64,000 nucleotides of DNA from Octopus bimaculoides (GCF_001194135.2 NC_068994.1:48327852-48391851), one strand, 5' to 3'. Counted from the stretch's first letter, positions 13,455 through 26,347 are shown. Notes: generated from the sequence alone by a model not told the origin. Translations and numbers: made by a program.

Positions 13455-16400
13455 GGATTGAAGAATCATTAGAGCATTGGAAAAATACCTTGCAGTATTT
13501 ACTCTGGCTCTTTAGTTTCTGAGTTCAACTCCTGCTGAGGTTAACTTAGCCTTTCATCCTTCCAGGGTTATTAAAATAAAGTATCTATCAAGTAATGGGG
13601 TTAATGTATCAACCCCTCCTCTCAAAAGTATTGGTCTTGTGCCTAAACTAGAAACTATTAGTAGAGCAGTTGGCAGAGGCAGGAGCATTCTGTACAAAAT
13701 GCCTTGTGGTTTGTAATGTCCTTTGATGTTAAGATCAAATCTTTTCAGGGTTGTTTGCTTTTCATCCTTTGATTTTGATAAACTAAGTACCAGTCAAGTA
13801 CTGGGCTTGAAGTCATCATCATTGTTATGGTCTAATACTATGACATTCACTGAATGATATCATACATCTGGGAAGAATCAACAGGGTACTTGTTTATTGA
13901 TGGGCTTTTTGACATTATTACTGCTACTGGTGGTGGTGTGTATCCCTCTCACCAGTAGAATTGTGGGTGTATTGAACCCAGCACTGCAAGCATAACGAAA
14001 CATTTGTCAATAAATTATTGTTCCCGTGCCTTCCCAGAGTACTGACCTAGAGATAGGTCTACTGAATTAGTGAAAGTTAAGTGTGTTTGCCATATAAACT
14101 GTACAGCACCAGTGATGGGATACAAACTGGTCAACACTTAGCTCAAGCAACTTTGCCAGCTGCAACTGTCTTTATGTGTTTATATATTCACTGTGTGTAT
14201 ATATGTGTGTGTATGCAAAAGACATATCAGTTATTTTGAATCACTTTTTATTAGCTTGTATTTTCTTTTAAAGAATTATTTGGGCAGTCAGTTGGTAGAA
14301 GTAGTAATGAACGAAACACATTGCAGTATTTAGTTGTGTACTTTGATATTTTGAGTTCAAATTCTGCTGAAATTGAATTTGACTCACATTTTTATGGGAT
14401 CAATCAAAGAAGTAACACTTGAGTACTGGGTTAGGGTACTCTTACTCTATGTGTTTGAGTGATTAGATCTCCTTAGTATTACTTGGGCAGTGAGTTGGCT
14501 GAATCGACATCTTAGTAGAAAAAAAGAAAGGTGTTTAATGGTATTCACTGTTGTCTTCCTTGAGTTTAGAATTCAAATTGAGTTGGGATTGATTTTGTCT
14601 TTCATCTCTGAAATCCATAAACTAGTTTTAGTTATACCTCTTTGCTACAAATTCATGACTTCACGACTGAGAAAATCTTATTACAGAAGGCGGTGGATTG
14701 GCAGGGGTTGATATATTCGACTCTTAACTCCCAATTTCAAGCCTCTTATGTTAGAAACAGTTATGATACTATTGTGTGGTGCTAAGATTTTGTCTAATCG
14801 ATGGATTAACTGAATGACTACTCATAATTCTGGGAGGAACCATTGGGACACTGTTAACGTACCTTTGATAATTCTACTGTCATTAGCACTAGCTTTGTTC
14901 TTCTCTTTGGTAGAAGCACAGGTGTAGTATTGAACTTAGTACTAAAATGTAAAGGAAACATTTAGTTAATAACATGTAATTCCTGTTTCCTGGAGTACTT
15001 ATCCAAAGGTAGGTGTTTTGTCATGTAATCAATACAGCACCAGTCATAAGATACAGACTGTTGACTTGGCAACCGTTTGCCCAAATCACTTGGCCAGCTC
15101 TGAGCTCAAATGCTGCCAAGGTTGACTTTGCCCGTCTTCCTTTTGGTGTTGGTAAAATAAGCACCAGTTGAGCATTGGTGGGCATTGATATACTTGACTT
15201 ATTCCACTCCCCCAAAATTTCTGGCCTTGTGCCTATAGTAGAAAGAATTATTATGGTAGATAAGCAGGATCATTAGAGTGTTGGAGAAAATGCTTGAGGT
15301 ATTTGTTCTTAGTCTTTATATTCTAGTATCAAACCGCACCAAGGTCCTTTTCAGAGTCAGTAAAATGAAGCACCAGTCAAGAACAAGAGTAAATGATGTC
15401 AACTAAAATTTACTAGTCTTGTACCTATATTAAGAAACAACTACTAATTTTATTACTGAAGGAAAATTTTTTAGATTTATTGATAAAGTAGCTTGCAGTA
15501 TTTAGCTTAATCCCATTATATTCAGAGATCATAAATTCTGCCAAGGTCAACTTTGCCTTTCTTTCACCCTTCCCTGGGTTAATAAAATAAAGTATCTGTT
15601 AAGTATTGACGTTGCTTAATAAATACTTTCCCTTTTCATATTGTATCTTCTTGACTGTCAGAAATCATTTCTTTAAAAATATTTTTACCTCTCCATATGT
15701 TATTTTTTTCAAGGACATTTAGCAGTGTCAAAAAATCCGGTGTCTTTTTTTAATTTAAAAAAAAAACTTTTTTAAAATATAGGGCATTATGATAATTGAA
15801 AAGCATATTTATTATTATTAATATTAAGGTGATGAGCTGGCAGAATCGATAGAACATGGGACAAAAGGCCTTGCAGCATTTGTTTTTGAACCTTTACATT
15901 CTGAGTTCAAAACCTATCAAAGTCAACTTTGCCTTTCATCCTTGCAGGGTCAATAAAAATAAAGTACCAGTGATGTACTGGGGTTGATGGTATTAGCTAA
16001 TACCTCTCTTCTCCAAATTACTGGCTTTTTCCCTAAATTAGAAAGAAATTATTGTTCCTGCAAAGGATTGGTAGAATCATTAGAACAGCAGAAGGTGGTG
16101 GACTGGCAGAATTGTTAGTGTTGGGGAAAATGCTTTGGTTATTCACTTTCTGAGTTCAAATCCTGCTGACATCAATTTTTCCTTTTAATCGTTCAGGAGG
16201 TGCTGGGAATCAATAAAATGAAGCACCGGTCATGTCCTGAGTATGACTCAATAGACTAACCCCTGTCCACCAAATTTTCTGGCCATATGCGTCTTAAGAA
16301 TTATTATTGAATTTGCTTCAGCAGTAAATATACTAAGGTTATTTTTTTATTAATAAGACACAGTCCATTGGTAGAAGCCATACTGGACTAAAATACATAG

Positions 16401-17472
16401 AGGTATACAGTTAGGAATCTCATCAAGGTTAATTTTTTTGCCTTTCATCCTTCAGTTGATGAAATATGTACCAAGTGCTGGTGTATTGGAGCATCACTTC
16501 CTTGTCACCTTTACAAATTTGTTGCCTTGTGCAAATGTAAGAAATAATTGTTTTTGTTATTTTTACTTTTTTTTTTTTTTTCTTTAATTGATTTTCTGCT
16601 CATCTCATCCCTCAACTTCCACTGCCTTGTAAGGTTCAGTCTGTTCCCAAGTGGTCTTAATTATGCCATGGTAAGATATAAGTTGTAAATCAACCTGAAC
16701 TGTACAAGTTAATATAACAAAACATTCAATAAATGTTATTGAAATAACTACAACAATCTTGTTTTTGTTTTCTTTATCTCTCTCTCTCTCTCTTCTCTCT
16801 TCTTATAGCTTAAGCTCTTGGTCTTATGACTGATATCCTGGATTAAGAAGTGTACAAAGGTCTATGAAAGACATCTTTTTACTTTATTCTGAGGTCATTT
16901 GCTGCTCAATGGTAATTACCTCAGATGCACTGCACAACGAATCAAGCTGTCAATTGTTTTTTTTATCCAAAATTTAGTCCAATGTTTTGATTCACTAAAA
17001 CTTATTGAACATTTCTTAACATAAAGCTCTGCTCAGAAACCACTGAACCTGTCTGGTGTGATAAAAAAAAAATCCTAGAAAATATTCCTGTTTCTTGTTG
17101 CTGGCACCTGATTGAGTCCATGTCACAAAGTCATTGAGAGAAAAAGAGAAAAAGCTGGCTATTGACCAGTGAATACATGTTGTTCAATAAGAACCCATTG
17201 ATTGTGTTAACAATTAGTATTCTAATTTTTGGTTCTTAATATATAATGCTGAGTGTAAGGTAGAAGTGTTTGTATGCTGGGCAAAATGCTTAGTAGCGTT
17301 TAATCTGTCTTTATCTTCTGAATTTAAATTCTGCTGAAGTTCATTTTGCCTTTCATCCTTTTGGAATTGATAAAATAAAGTACCAGTTGAACATGAACAC
17401 TGGGGTCAATGGAAGTGACTTACTGCCTCCCCCCAAATTGCTGGCTTTGTGCCAAAATTTGAAACCATTATA
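13455..17472 (+). mobile_element. Cluster of about 11 co-oriented, old family A copies
   Basis: The family core recurs at about 13.5, 13.7, 14.3, 14.5, 15.1, 15.3, 15.5, 15.9, 16.1, 16.4 and 17.3 kb, all on +. Confidence 0.75.
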
Positions 17473-17789
17473 TAATGTGAATTCAATGTGCAGATTAAAA
17501 ATTGATGCACATTATTTAAGATTTTTCAGCATCTAATAGTTCTTTTTTGGATACTATTTGATGAAAAATAAAAATAATACAGAATTACTTCATCCTTTCA
17601 CTTATCAAAGCATAAAATTATGGAAACAAAAAATCTGCTCAATATTTTAAAAAATTATAGCAACTGCTGTATAGTAGAAAGAAAGAGAGATATTTGATTT
17701 ATTTCAGCTGTGTCATCAATGAATAGAAAACAATGAAAATAGTGATTCCAAAGAAGACTGAATTTTTATTTCAAAAACAATGATCCTTT

Positions 17790-17950
17790 CTATAGGCACA
17801 AAGCCAGAAATTTTTGGTGGAAGGAGGCAAGTTGATTACATCAACCCAGAGCTCAACTGGTACTTATTTTATCTATCTCACAAGAATAAAATATCAACCA
17901 CAGCTGCATTTGAACTCAGAACATAAAGAGCATGGAAGACGGATGTTAAA
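17790..17950 (-). mobile_element. Family A copy in reverse orientation
   Basis: Reverse complement of the core (aggcacaaagccagaaatt...actggtacttatttt...tttgaactcagaac). Confidence 0.75.
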
Positions 17951-18739
17951 TGACGATGATGATGATATCAGTGTATGTGTGTTTAAAATTGGGACAACAG
18001 GGCTATCCAGCTTATAACTGAGACTGTCTAGACATCTATATACTTCATTAGTTGGTCATTTATTTCAGTTGCGTTTCTTGAGCTGTTTTTTCTTTGCTTC
18101 CCCGCTGATTTCTAATACTAGTGACAGAATACTGTCTGTTAGTTTGAAAGACAGGGCACGTCTTAAGAATATCACTGAAATTTTTCCTGCCATGTGAATG
18201 AGATTCCATATGTCTGGCACTCCAACGTCAGTATTTGAAGATGTCTTTGCTACAGTCTAAAAGAATATCTAAAGTTTTTGTTTTAAAATAAAAAAAATAA
18301 AAGGATGAAATCTCACACGCCAGATTTGCTGACAAATATGGCATACAGCTTTTATTAAATTAAAAAAATATCGAGTAATCTTATTACAAATATAAATTTA
18401 AAAAACTTTAAAATTCATTAAACATTGAATAGATCGAAAACTCTGGGCTTTTTTCGTAGTTTGTTGTAAAAATAATTTATCGGAAATAATAAACTTTTAG
18501 TATAGTAACTTTAGATACTGCAAACTGAATTAACTTGTATTTTAAGACGTCTTTAGGGTTTATGCCCCAGCCCCACACATAGGAACCGGCATAAAATGCA
18601 GCACTTGAAGATCTTGATATGGTTCAAACAGAATTGTTAGCTGTTTAGAATCGGAATAATACTGTTCTTTCCAGACTGTGAAAATGAAGAAAAAAAAAAA
18701 AGCAACAACAAAAACTATAGTATGTCACACAACCGGTTT

Positions 18740-18925
18740 GTTGTGTACTTTCGAATCAGACCAGATCGACAGACTTATATTCAAAAGTATTCCAGCCATG
18801 ACCAGCTTATCTGTTTGTTCAGACATACAGAATCTCGGACAATGTTATCAATGTATAATTTTTTCAAGATGACATTAGGTTGGGGGTTGAGAAAGATTTG
18901 GCTACTATTTCTAGTAGGTCGACTC
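18740..18925 (+). mobile_element. Dispersed repeat (family E) upstream of LAPTM4; related copies at about 27640-28055 and 57130-57320
   Basis: Shared motifs aaaagtattccagccatgacca and gatttggct.ctatttctag.aggt.ga. Confidence 0.55.
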
Positions 18926-19456
18926 TGACAACTGAGTTAGTTTGCTAAGGGGAGAACACTCTAGCTTTGTTTGTGTTTGTTTTCGTTTCCCATCCTTTTA
19001 TCACAGTCACTACATGACGTAATCATCTGTCTCGTTACATGTCGGAGAGAAAAAACAAACGCGATAACAAAATAGTGCCAACTATTTTATCAATTTTATA
19101 TTGTTAATTCGAGTCAATTATCATGCAAAAATTTACCTTGTTGTTTTCTTTCTCATGAACAGGTAGTATGTTGAATTGTTAAATAGTCTGCTTGCAAGAA
19201 GACGTTTCAAAAATAAACAAGCTTCGTATGTGTGTATATATCTATATAGTTCCTGTTTTGGCTTAGTAAAAGTACGCCATTATACAACTTGGACTAGCTG
19301 TAACGTCTCTTCCTTCATATACGAACAGCAAAAACCCTTTTTTTTTATTGTCGCTTTGGCAAATAATTCTTCGAGTTCTCCTCTTTTCACTCGTCTCCAT
19401 CCAATTTATTTGGAGAATACGTCTATAAAAATCTTGGCGGCTACTTGTTATTTGCT

Positions 19457-19561
19457 ATGAAAATGCGACTGAAATTCGACAACGAAGAACCGAATGCTTA
19501 CCGCTGTTGTTTTTGCTGTCACGTAAGAACTGGGACCATAATATTGGGACTATGGCATTTG
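19457..19561 (+). CDS. LAPTM4: LAPTM4-family lysosomal-associated transmembrane protein, coding exon 1 ([35 protein letters not shown])
   Basis: Diagnostic [11 protein letters not shown] motif of LAPTM4A/B; TTG|gtaagt donor; 105 nt. The A versus B paralogue cannot be assigned in an invertebrate. Confidence 0.93.
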
Positions 19562-22383
19562 GTAAGTAAATAAAGAAGAAACGAACGATTAATTGTTTTA
19601 GTGATATCGAGAGAAATACATGTGTATTAACATTTTTGCTTGTTTGCAAGTTTGAATAATCATTTTAAAGTTTTTTTGCTTACAAAAATGTTAAATGCAA
19701 CCAGCTTGCTCTTGAACAAGCTTCATAGAAAGACGTTTCAGTCCCTCTTTTAGATTATTATTGTTCTGTCGTTTTTAGCTGCAGTCATCGAGCAATCCTA
19801 ACATTAATTCATCTTCTAGGCCTATTAGTGTGAGGAGAAAAACGAATTATTACCACAATCATTTGAGTAGATAAAATAAGAGAAAAATCCTCGATCTTAA
19901 ATCTTTATTTTTTCGGGGTTCGCTTGAACGCAAAACATAATTCTGAAGAAAATTAATTAATAATTCGTCGTATTTGTGGTTAATCAATTTAACTTCTATT
20001 TTTTAAAAATATTTAAGGCAATCCTTCGAAAATGGTACCGAAATTATTGCCAATATTTAATGCATTGTAGTTAATTTCTTCTGATAAATTTACACTCTTT
20101 CAAATATTTCTAGAACTAATTTGCTTATTATTCCTTATAAGTTTTATCCATGCTGTGGAGATACTAGAGACTCAAGTGTCGAACCAGTTTCTCTAGTGGT
20201 AGTACTTCCTCCTATTATGCTTCAATGTGAGAAAATACGTATCTTATTTGCCACAATTCTCTGTTAGGCCAAATCACTGAGAGCGATTAAACAGGCTGTG
20301 AATAAAAAAACTGGTTAGGATTTCATATATTTAGCACATGATTACAAACTTGGACAAAAAGTACAAGTGGGTTAATGTAGTAACTGGTCAATGTATATGA
20401 AATGGTGGTAGAGAAGAATAACGACGGTTGATAACTATAAAGTTGTTAGAATGGCTGTTTTTTAAGATGTATTTACAGAAATGATAAAGTGACTCAAATG
20501 TTTTTTTTATAGTGAAATGTGTGAACTGTTAATGGATTTCGATAAACATTTTCCTAACCATTCGGCGGGTATTGTTGAAAGTTACTTGGTACATCAAAAG
20601 CTTTTCTTGAGTCTTTTGGCAAAATAACATTTTTTTCTTACCTTTCAAGTTTTGTACGCAAAACCTAAGGATTTCCAAACAATTTATTTAGTTTCGAAAA
20701 TAATTTTTTAATCTCTCGGCTCTGTAAAAGGCTAACCCTTAATATTACCCTGTAAAAAGTCACTACCTTTTCTCTTTTTACGTTTTGTAGACATAGCTTT
20801 GTTTACATTTGTCATTTGTTTATTTGATGTCATTTAGTCAGGAAATATCACAGGTTTTTATATATAATAAACACCTTCCGTTGTAAACATTTTTCGATCG
20901 CAATAAAGGGCTGTGGACAATATAAGCTTAAAACCACTAATACGAGTTGGGGTGGAGGAAAAACAAAACAACCTCTGGTCTTTCAGCTGAAATATATCGG
21001 AAAGCGAATTTTTATATGTCGGTAATCGGTAGCAAATTGGTTTGCCTATTCGTTCGCATGTGTATATACTCATTCACTGACATTTTACCATTTCCGCTAT
21101 TCAAGTACAATAGGGACATTTAACTCGTCAGGAATTTAATCAAAAAATGACATCAGTCACATCAACTGGTTGAAACTGTTTGACAGATCTTCGCAATTTC
21201 TGGGCGAACATTTCTTTTGTATTATTTCTATTTAAGCCGACGAGATTCATTTAGGTCGATACGTAATTAACAAGATTTTATGGTCATGAATACAACAAGC
21301 TAATTCAAATATTCTGTCTTCTTTTTTTTTTTTTTTTTAAATGATGCTGCATTGCTAACACGATAAATTCATGCACCCACACAATCACGAGTTGTGTGTT
21401 GTGGTGTTATATATATATATATACACTTTATTAAAAAGCAGCAAAAATATCACAAAAGCTGTTACTCGGAGTTTCGCGTTCCCGTTCTTCGGACTGTTTT
21501 GTTACTTTCATTTTAATTGTCGCACATATATTTTATTGCACATCTCCACCATTGTTAAACTGTCTTTAGGTCTTTGTTTTGAATATCCGGGATTCAGAAT
21601 TTGTCAAATACTTTTAGTAGCGACAAGAATGATACTACTACTAATGATAAGAAAAAAAACAAAAACAATAAGAATGATAATGATAATAAATTAATTTTTA
21701 AAATTGATATTTTAAAATCACAAACTAATTTTATTTCGTTTGCATGCGACGATTGAAAGCACTAGTTTGTTTCTTGAAATCGAAAATGCTGTTCCACTTT
21801 CATTTTCTTCAAAACATTGTAATTACGCAAAGCAAATATATATACATACGCTTCAAATACGTACGAAATATTTATATACACCCAAAGGCGTATCTACACA
21901 ATTGTGCCCCCTCTCCGACTTTGTTTCTTCATAACTTTCAGAAAATTGATATTTTTTAATGAAATTTTCAACAAATACCATTCATATCGGAATTTAATGT
22001 GAAAAAATGGTGGGGGCGCGCACATATATACACACACACCACGATTTTTTTTTCAAAATTTCAAATTTCATTGTATGCGTGTGTGTGTGAGTGAGAGAGA
22101 TGTAATTCTGTATGTATGTATGTATGTGTGCGTGCCCATAATTTTTTTTATTCCACATTAAATTCTTATATAATTGTAATCTACACCGTCCGAAGTGTAT
22201 GTGTAGATTTCATTTAACAATTTCCGTTTTTCTTAAAGCCAAGAGGAAGCAAATTCGGGGAGGCACATTAAATACTGCAGCTATAAATCTTCTGGTCCTG
22301 ACCAGTTTCTCATTAAAATAATATTTTTTTAAATTCTGAAGCCTCTTAATATCCGATGTTCAAAATCTGTATTTTCTCTTTAA

Positions 22384-22430
<47 letters not shown>

Positions 22431-24013
22431 AGAATCGTTCGCTTTATTTTTTGCATTTAATTTACAACATACTTAACTAAATGAATATGCCACGTTAAAA
22501 TTCAAATCCCGAACCGAAAACACATTTATGTGCGAAGGAAGAAAAAAATCAATTCAACACATCCATCGGCCGTACACCATAAGGTTCAGCGGAACTTATT
22601 GAAGCAAGCCAACACGTTCGCGGCATTACTGTGGGCGATGGCGTGGCTAAGGCGTTGCAACAGCTAAGCACCACCACAGGCATCACCTGACACCTCGATA
22701 AGGATGACTTCGCTGTCAGCGGCCCAGTTAAAAAAAAAGTGTTAAAATTATCCACTTATATAGAATAGACAGGGCAAGAGGAGACACGAGGCACAGAATG
22801 TCACCGAAGAGATCACAGAACGTTTGACAAAAGAACTCGGTGCGTGTGTTTATTGGCAAAAGATGACCACCTCCAAATATGGTTCAACACTCGATTTCAC
22901 ATCAAGAATCTTGCAAAACAAATACACAAACGTGTGTGAAAATACAAGGCAATAATAGAGCTGCTTGCATTCAACTTTACAATTCAGTCAAGCTTATTTT
23001 TTTGTAAATGTTAGCCCTAATAATTATTAACATTAATTGTAAAAGCAATGCAAGATTATGGACACATACAATGAGCGCAATATATATTTTCACTACAGTC
23101 ATGTGTTTATAAAGATAACCTTGTCTGATTCCTCATTTCAGTCTCACGTTATTAGGTTTCTTAGTTGAAGAGAGCGGTGGTGGTGGTGGTGAAAGGGCAA
23201 CAAATACCTTTTCAAGCTTTATATTTACTATTATTATTGAGAGCTCCAGCTCTCAATATCAAAATTGCCATTATACGATAAATACTCTAGAAAGACGTAA
23301 TCGTTTAAATTCAAGGCTGGTGTCAACATTTGACGACAACAAATGTTGATTACCTTGTAACACCTGTATTGTCATGTTGCCAGAAGCTAATTATTTATTC
23401 ATTTGTGACACATCTCTAAGAATGAAATATACGGATTTCCACTAATTTTTGTTCGTTTTCTAGAGTGAAATATTTTATATATATNNNNNNNNNNNNNNNN
23501 NNNNNNNNNNNNNNNNNNNNNNNNNNNNNNNNNNNNNNNNNNNNNNNNNNNNNNNNNNNNNNNNNNNNNNNATATAATATATACACGCTTCACACACACA
23601 CACATCTTTTACAGTCGTTAGACTGTGGCCATGCTGGTGCATCACCTTGAATCTTTTAGTCAAATGAATCGACCCCAGTACTTATTTTTTAAGCCTGGTA
23701 CTTATTCCATCGGTCTCTTTTGTTGAACTGCTAAGTTACGGAGACTTAAATACAACACTGATTGTCAAATGGTGATGGACTAACACACACACACATACAC
23801 ACACACACATATACATACATACAGGTGCAGGAGTGGTAAGAAGTTTGCTTCTCAACCACATGATTCCATGTTCAGTCCCACTGCGTGGAACCTAGGGCAA
23901 GTGTCTTCTACTATAGCCTTGGGCCAACAAAAGCCTTGCGAGTGGATTTGATAGATAGAAAATATATATACAACAGAATTCTTTCAGTTTCTGTCTATCA
24001 AATCCACTCATAT

Positions 24014-25289
24014 ACACACAGGAGGAATTTCAACCATGTTTTGTGGTCTGCTACCACAACAGCTCCTTTATAGGATCCAGTTAGCTCAAGACATCATCAG
24101 GAGGAACCACGTCCGGTTTCGGCCCCTATTCCTCTACCGTTTTGACGTGGCGGGGCCCCTCCTTTCGGAGGTGTCTTCAGCTCTGGTGTTGGGTGCATGT
24201 CTTTTTTCTTCTATTCCNNNNNNNNNNNNNNNNNNNNNNNNNNNNNNNNNNNNNNNNNNNNNNNNNNNNNNNNNNNNNNNNNNNNNNNNNNNNNNNNNNN
24301 NNNNNNNNNNNNNNNNNNNNNNNNNNNNNNNNNNNNNNNNNNNNNNNNNNNNNNNNNNNNNNNNNNNNNNNNNNNNNNNNNNNNNNNNNNNNNNNNNNNN
24401 NNNNNNNNNNNNNNNNNNNNNNNNNNNNNNNNNNNNNNNNNNNNNNNNNNNNNNNNNNNNNNNNNNNNNNNNNNNNNNNNNNNNNNNNNNNNNNNNNNNN
24501 NNNNNNNNNNNNNNNNNNNNNNNNNNNNNNNNNNNNNNNNNNNNNNNNNNNNNNNNNNNNNNNNNNNNNNNNNNNNNNNNNNNNNNNNNNNNNNNNNNNN
24601 NNNNNNNNNNNNNNNNNNNNNNNNNNNNNNNNNNNNNNNNNNNNNNNNNNNNNNNNNNNNNNNNNNNNNNNNNNNNNNNNNNNNNNNNNNNNNNNNNNNN
24701 NNNNNNNNNNNNNNNNNNNNNNNNNNNNNNNNNNNNNNNNNNNNNNNNNNNNNNNNNNNNNNNNNNNNNNNNNNNNNNNNNNNNNNNNNNNNNNNNNNNN
24801 NNNNNNNNNNNNNNNNNNNNNNNNNNNNNNNNNNNNNNNNNNNNNNNNNNNNNNNNNNNNNNNNNNNNNNNNNNNNNNNNNNNNNNNNNNNNNNNNNNNN
24901 NNNNNNNNNNNNNNNNNNNNNNNNNNNNNNNNNNNNNNNNNNNNNNNNNNNNNNNNNNNNNNNNNNNNNACTTCGGGGTACTCTCCTCTGTTGTATCCCT
25001 CGATCTTCTCCTTGAGTGCTGCACTTATGATGCCAAGGACTTGATTATGGCGCCATGTATACCTTTCCAGTGCTCGTCTGCAGCTTGACAGAACGTGTCT
25101 CACCGTCGCTTTCTCCCCGCATCCACATTCATCGGTTGTTTTTATGTTCCTTCGAACTAAGTTCGCCGGTGAGGGTAGAACGTCGAAGGTAGACTTGATC
25201 AGGAAGGCTGTTCTTGCTTGTTCCCAAGCCCAAAGTTCCTTCCATGAGATTCTGCGACTGACCACGTTTTCATCCCATCTCAGGCACTG
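24014..25289 (-). mobile_element. 5'-truncated R2-superfamily (HERO-like) RLE non-LTR retrotransposon in LAPTM4 intron 1; the middle is an N gap
   Basis: Stop-free peptide QCLRWDENVVSRRISWKELWAWEQARTAFLIKSTFDVLPSPANL...CGCGEKATVRHVLSSC...RYTWRHNQVL: post-RT region plus CCHC knuckle and the RYxxRHxxV signature of RLE elements. Possible 5-bp TSD catat at 24009-24013 and 25290-25294. Confidence 0.82.
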
Positions 25290-26145
25290 CATATTGATAA
25301 TTAATGTTCACTATGCACCTTTGTATATACTTATGATTATCAAAGTCTGCATATTTCTGGTGGTAACTCATCTCCCTTAAATTGTATAAATGTGTTGGCT
25401 TTTGTCTTTCCCTTGGACAACATCGGTGGTGTGGAGAGGGGGAGGCTGGTATGCATTGATGATTGTTGGTCTTCTGCAAACAACCTTGCCTAGACTTGTG
25501 CCTAGGAGGGCAACATTCTAGGTGCAATCTCATGGTCATTTGTGACCAAAAGAGGTCTTTACTCCTTTACATGAACTGAGTTGCAATCCACTCTAACATC
25601 CTTTTACCCCTTATGTTACCTTTGCAATCTTCAAAAGTTGAAGCTGAATATCAATCACATTGCTTTCAACAGTTTTTCAGCTAGTGCCTGCGAGTATGAT
25701 GGACACTGCCCCTCCTCCAATGGCATAACCTTACCCCCTCCCTTGAAATTGCTGGCCTTGTACCAACATTTGAAACCAATATCATTACAAAAGGAAGAGA
25801 CACAGCCCCAAATCAATTACCCAGTCAGGCTTCATCATGGTGTTTGAGTTAATTCTAAAATTAGAATAACGAGCCTTATCCTATGAATATTGTTTATTTT
25901 TGTATTTGTATTTATCTCAGCAATTTTGTAAATAAAGTCATCCATGATAAGCATTGTTTAGAGATATGTTGGTGGGCAAATGTTGATAATGCATTTTTAA
26001 TACAATTAGCGTTATTCTTTTTTTTATATTGTGAAATCATTTTTCCAGTAAGTTCAAAGAGATAGAAAGCACGTGTTTGGTGGGGAGTGTGTGAGAGATT
26101 TTTTTATGTATGCAATTTCTTTGAATCTTTCACTACATTCTAACA

Positions 26146-26291
26146 TGTGTGTGTGTCTGTCTGTCTGCCTCTCTGTCTCTGTCTCTCTCTCTGTGTCTCT
26201 CTCTCTGTCTCTCTCTCTCCTTGTCTCTCTGTCTCTCTCCTTGTCTGTCAGTCTCTCTCTCCCTGTCTGTCTGTCTGTCTCTCTCTCTCTC

Positions 26292-26346
<55 letters not shown>
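26146..26346. repeat. Compound (TG)/(CT)/(CTGT)/(CA)n microsatellite running into an N gap; representative of many (CA)n, (TA)n and (TACA)n tracts (e.g. 3760-4035, 7190-7400, 37640-38110, 40080-40168, 54030-54730, 60980-61510)
   Basis: Directly visible; these tracts generate most of the spurious HT/VC/YI ORFs in the track. Confidence 0.95.

Positions 26347-26347
<1 letters not shown>

Larger units (their letters stand above)
18300..23400. promoter_or_regulatory. CpG-retaining zone spanning the LAPTM4 start (probable unmethylated promoter and first-intron region)
   Basis: By eye, CG dinucleotides are frequent here and scarce on both sides; not computed. Confidence 0.45.

Noticed and set aside
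19141-19460. Splice-like site aacag/gtagt at 19162, short upstream ATGs, and the 94-aa ORF overlapping the LAPTM4 start
   Set aside because: The site reads equally well as an acceptor or a donor, so the 5' UTR and uORFs cannot be defined. The 94-aa ORF begins at TTG, is out of frame and has no homology I recognise.
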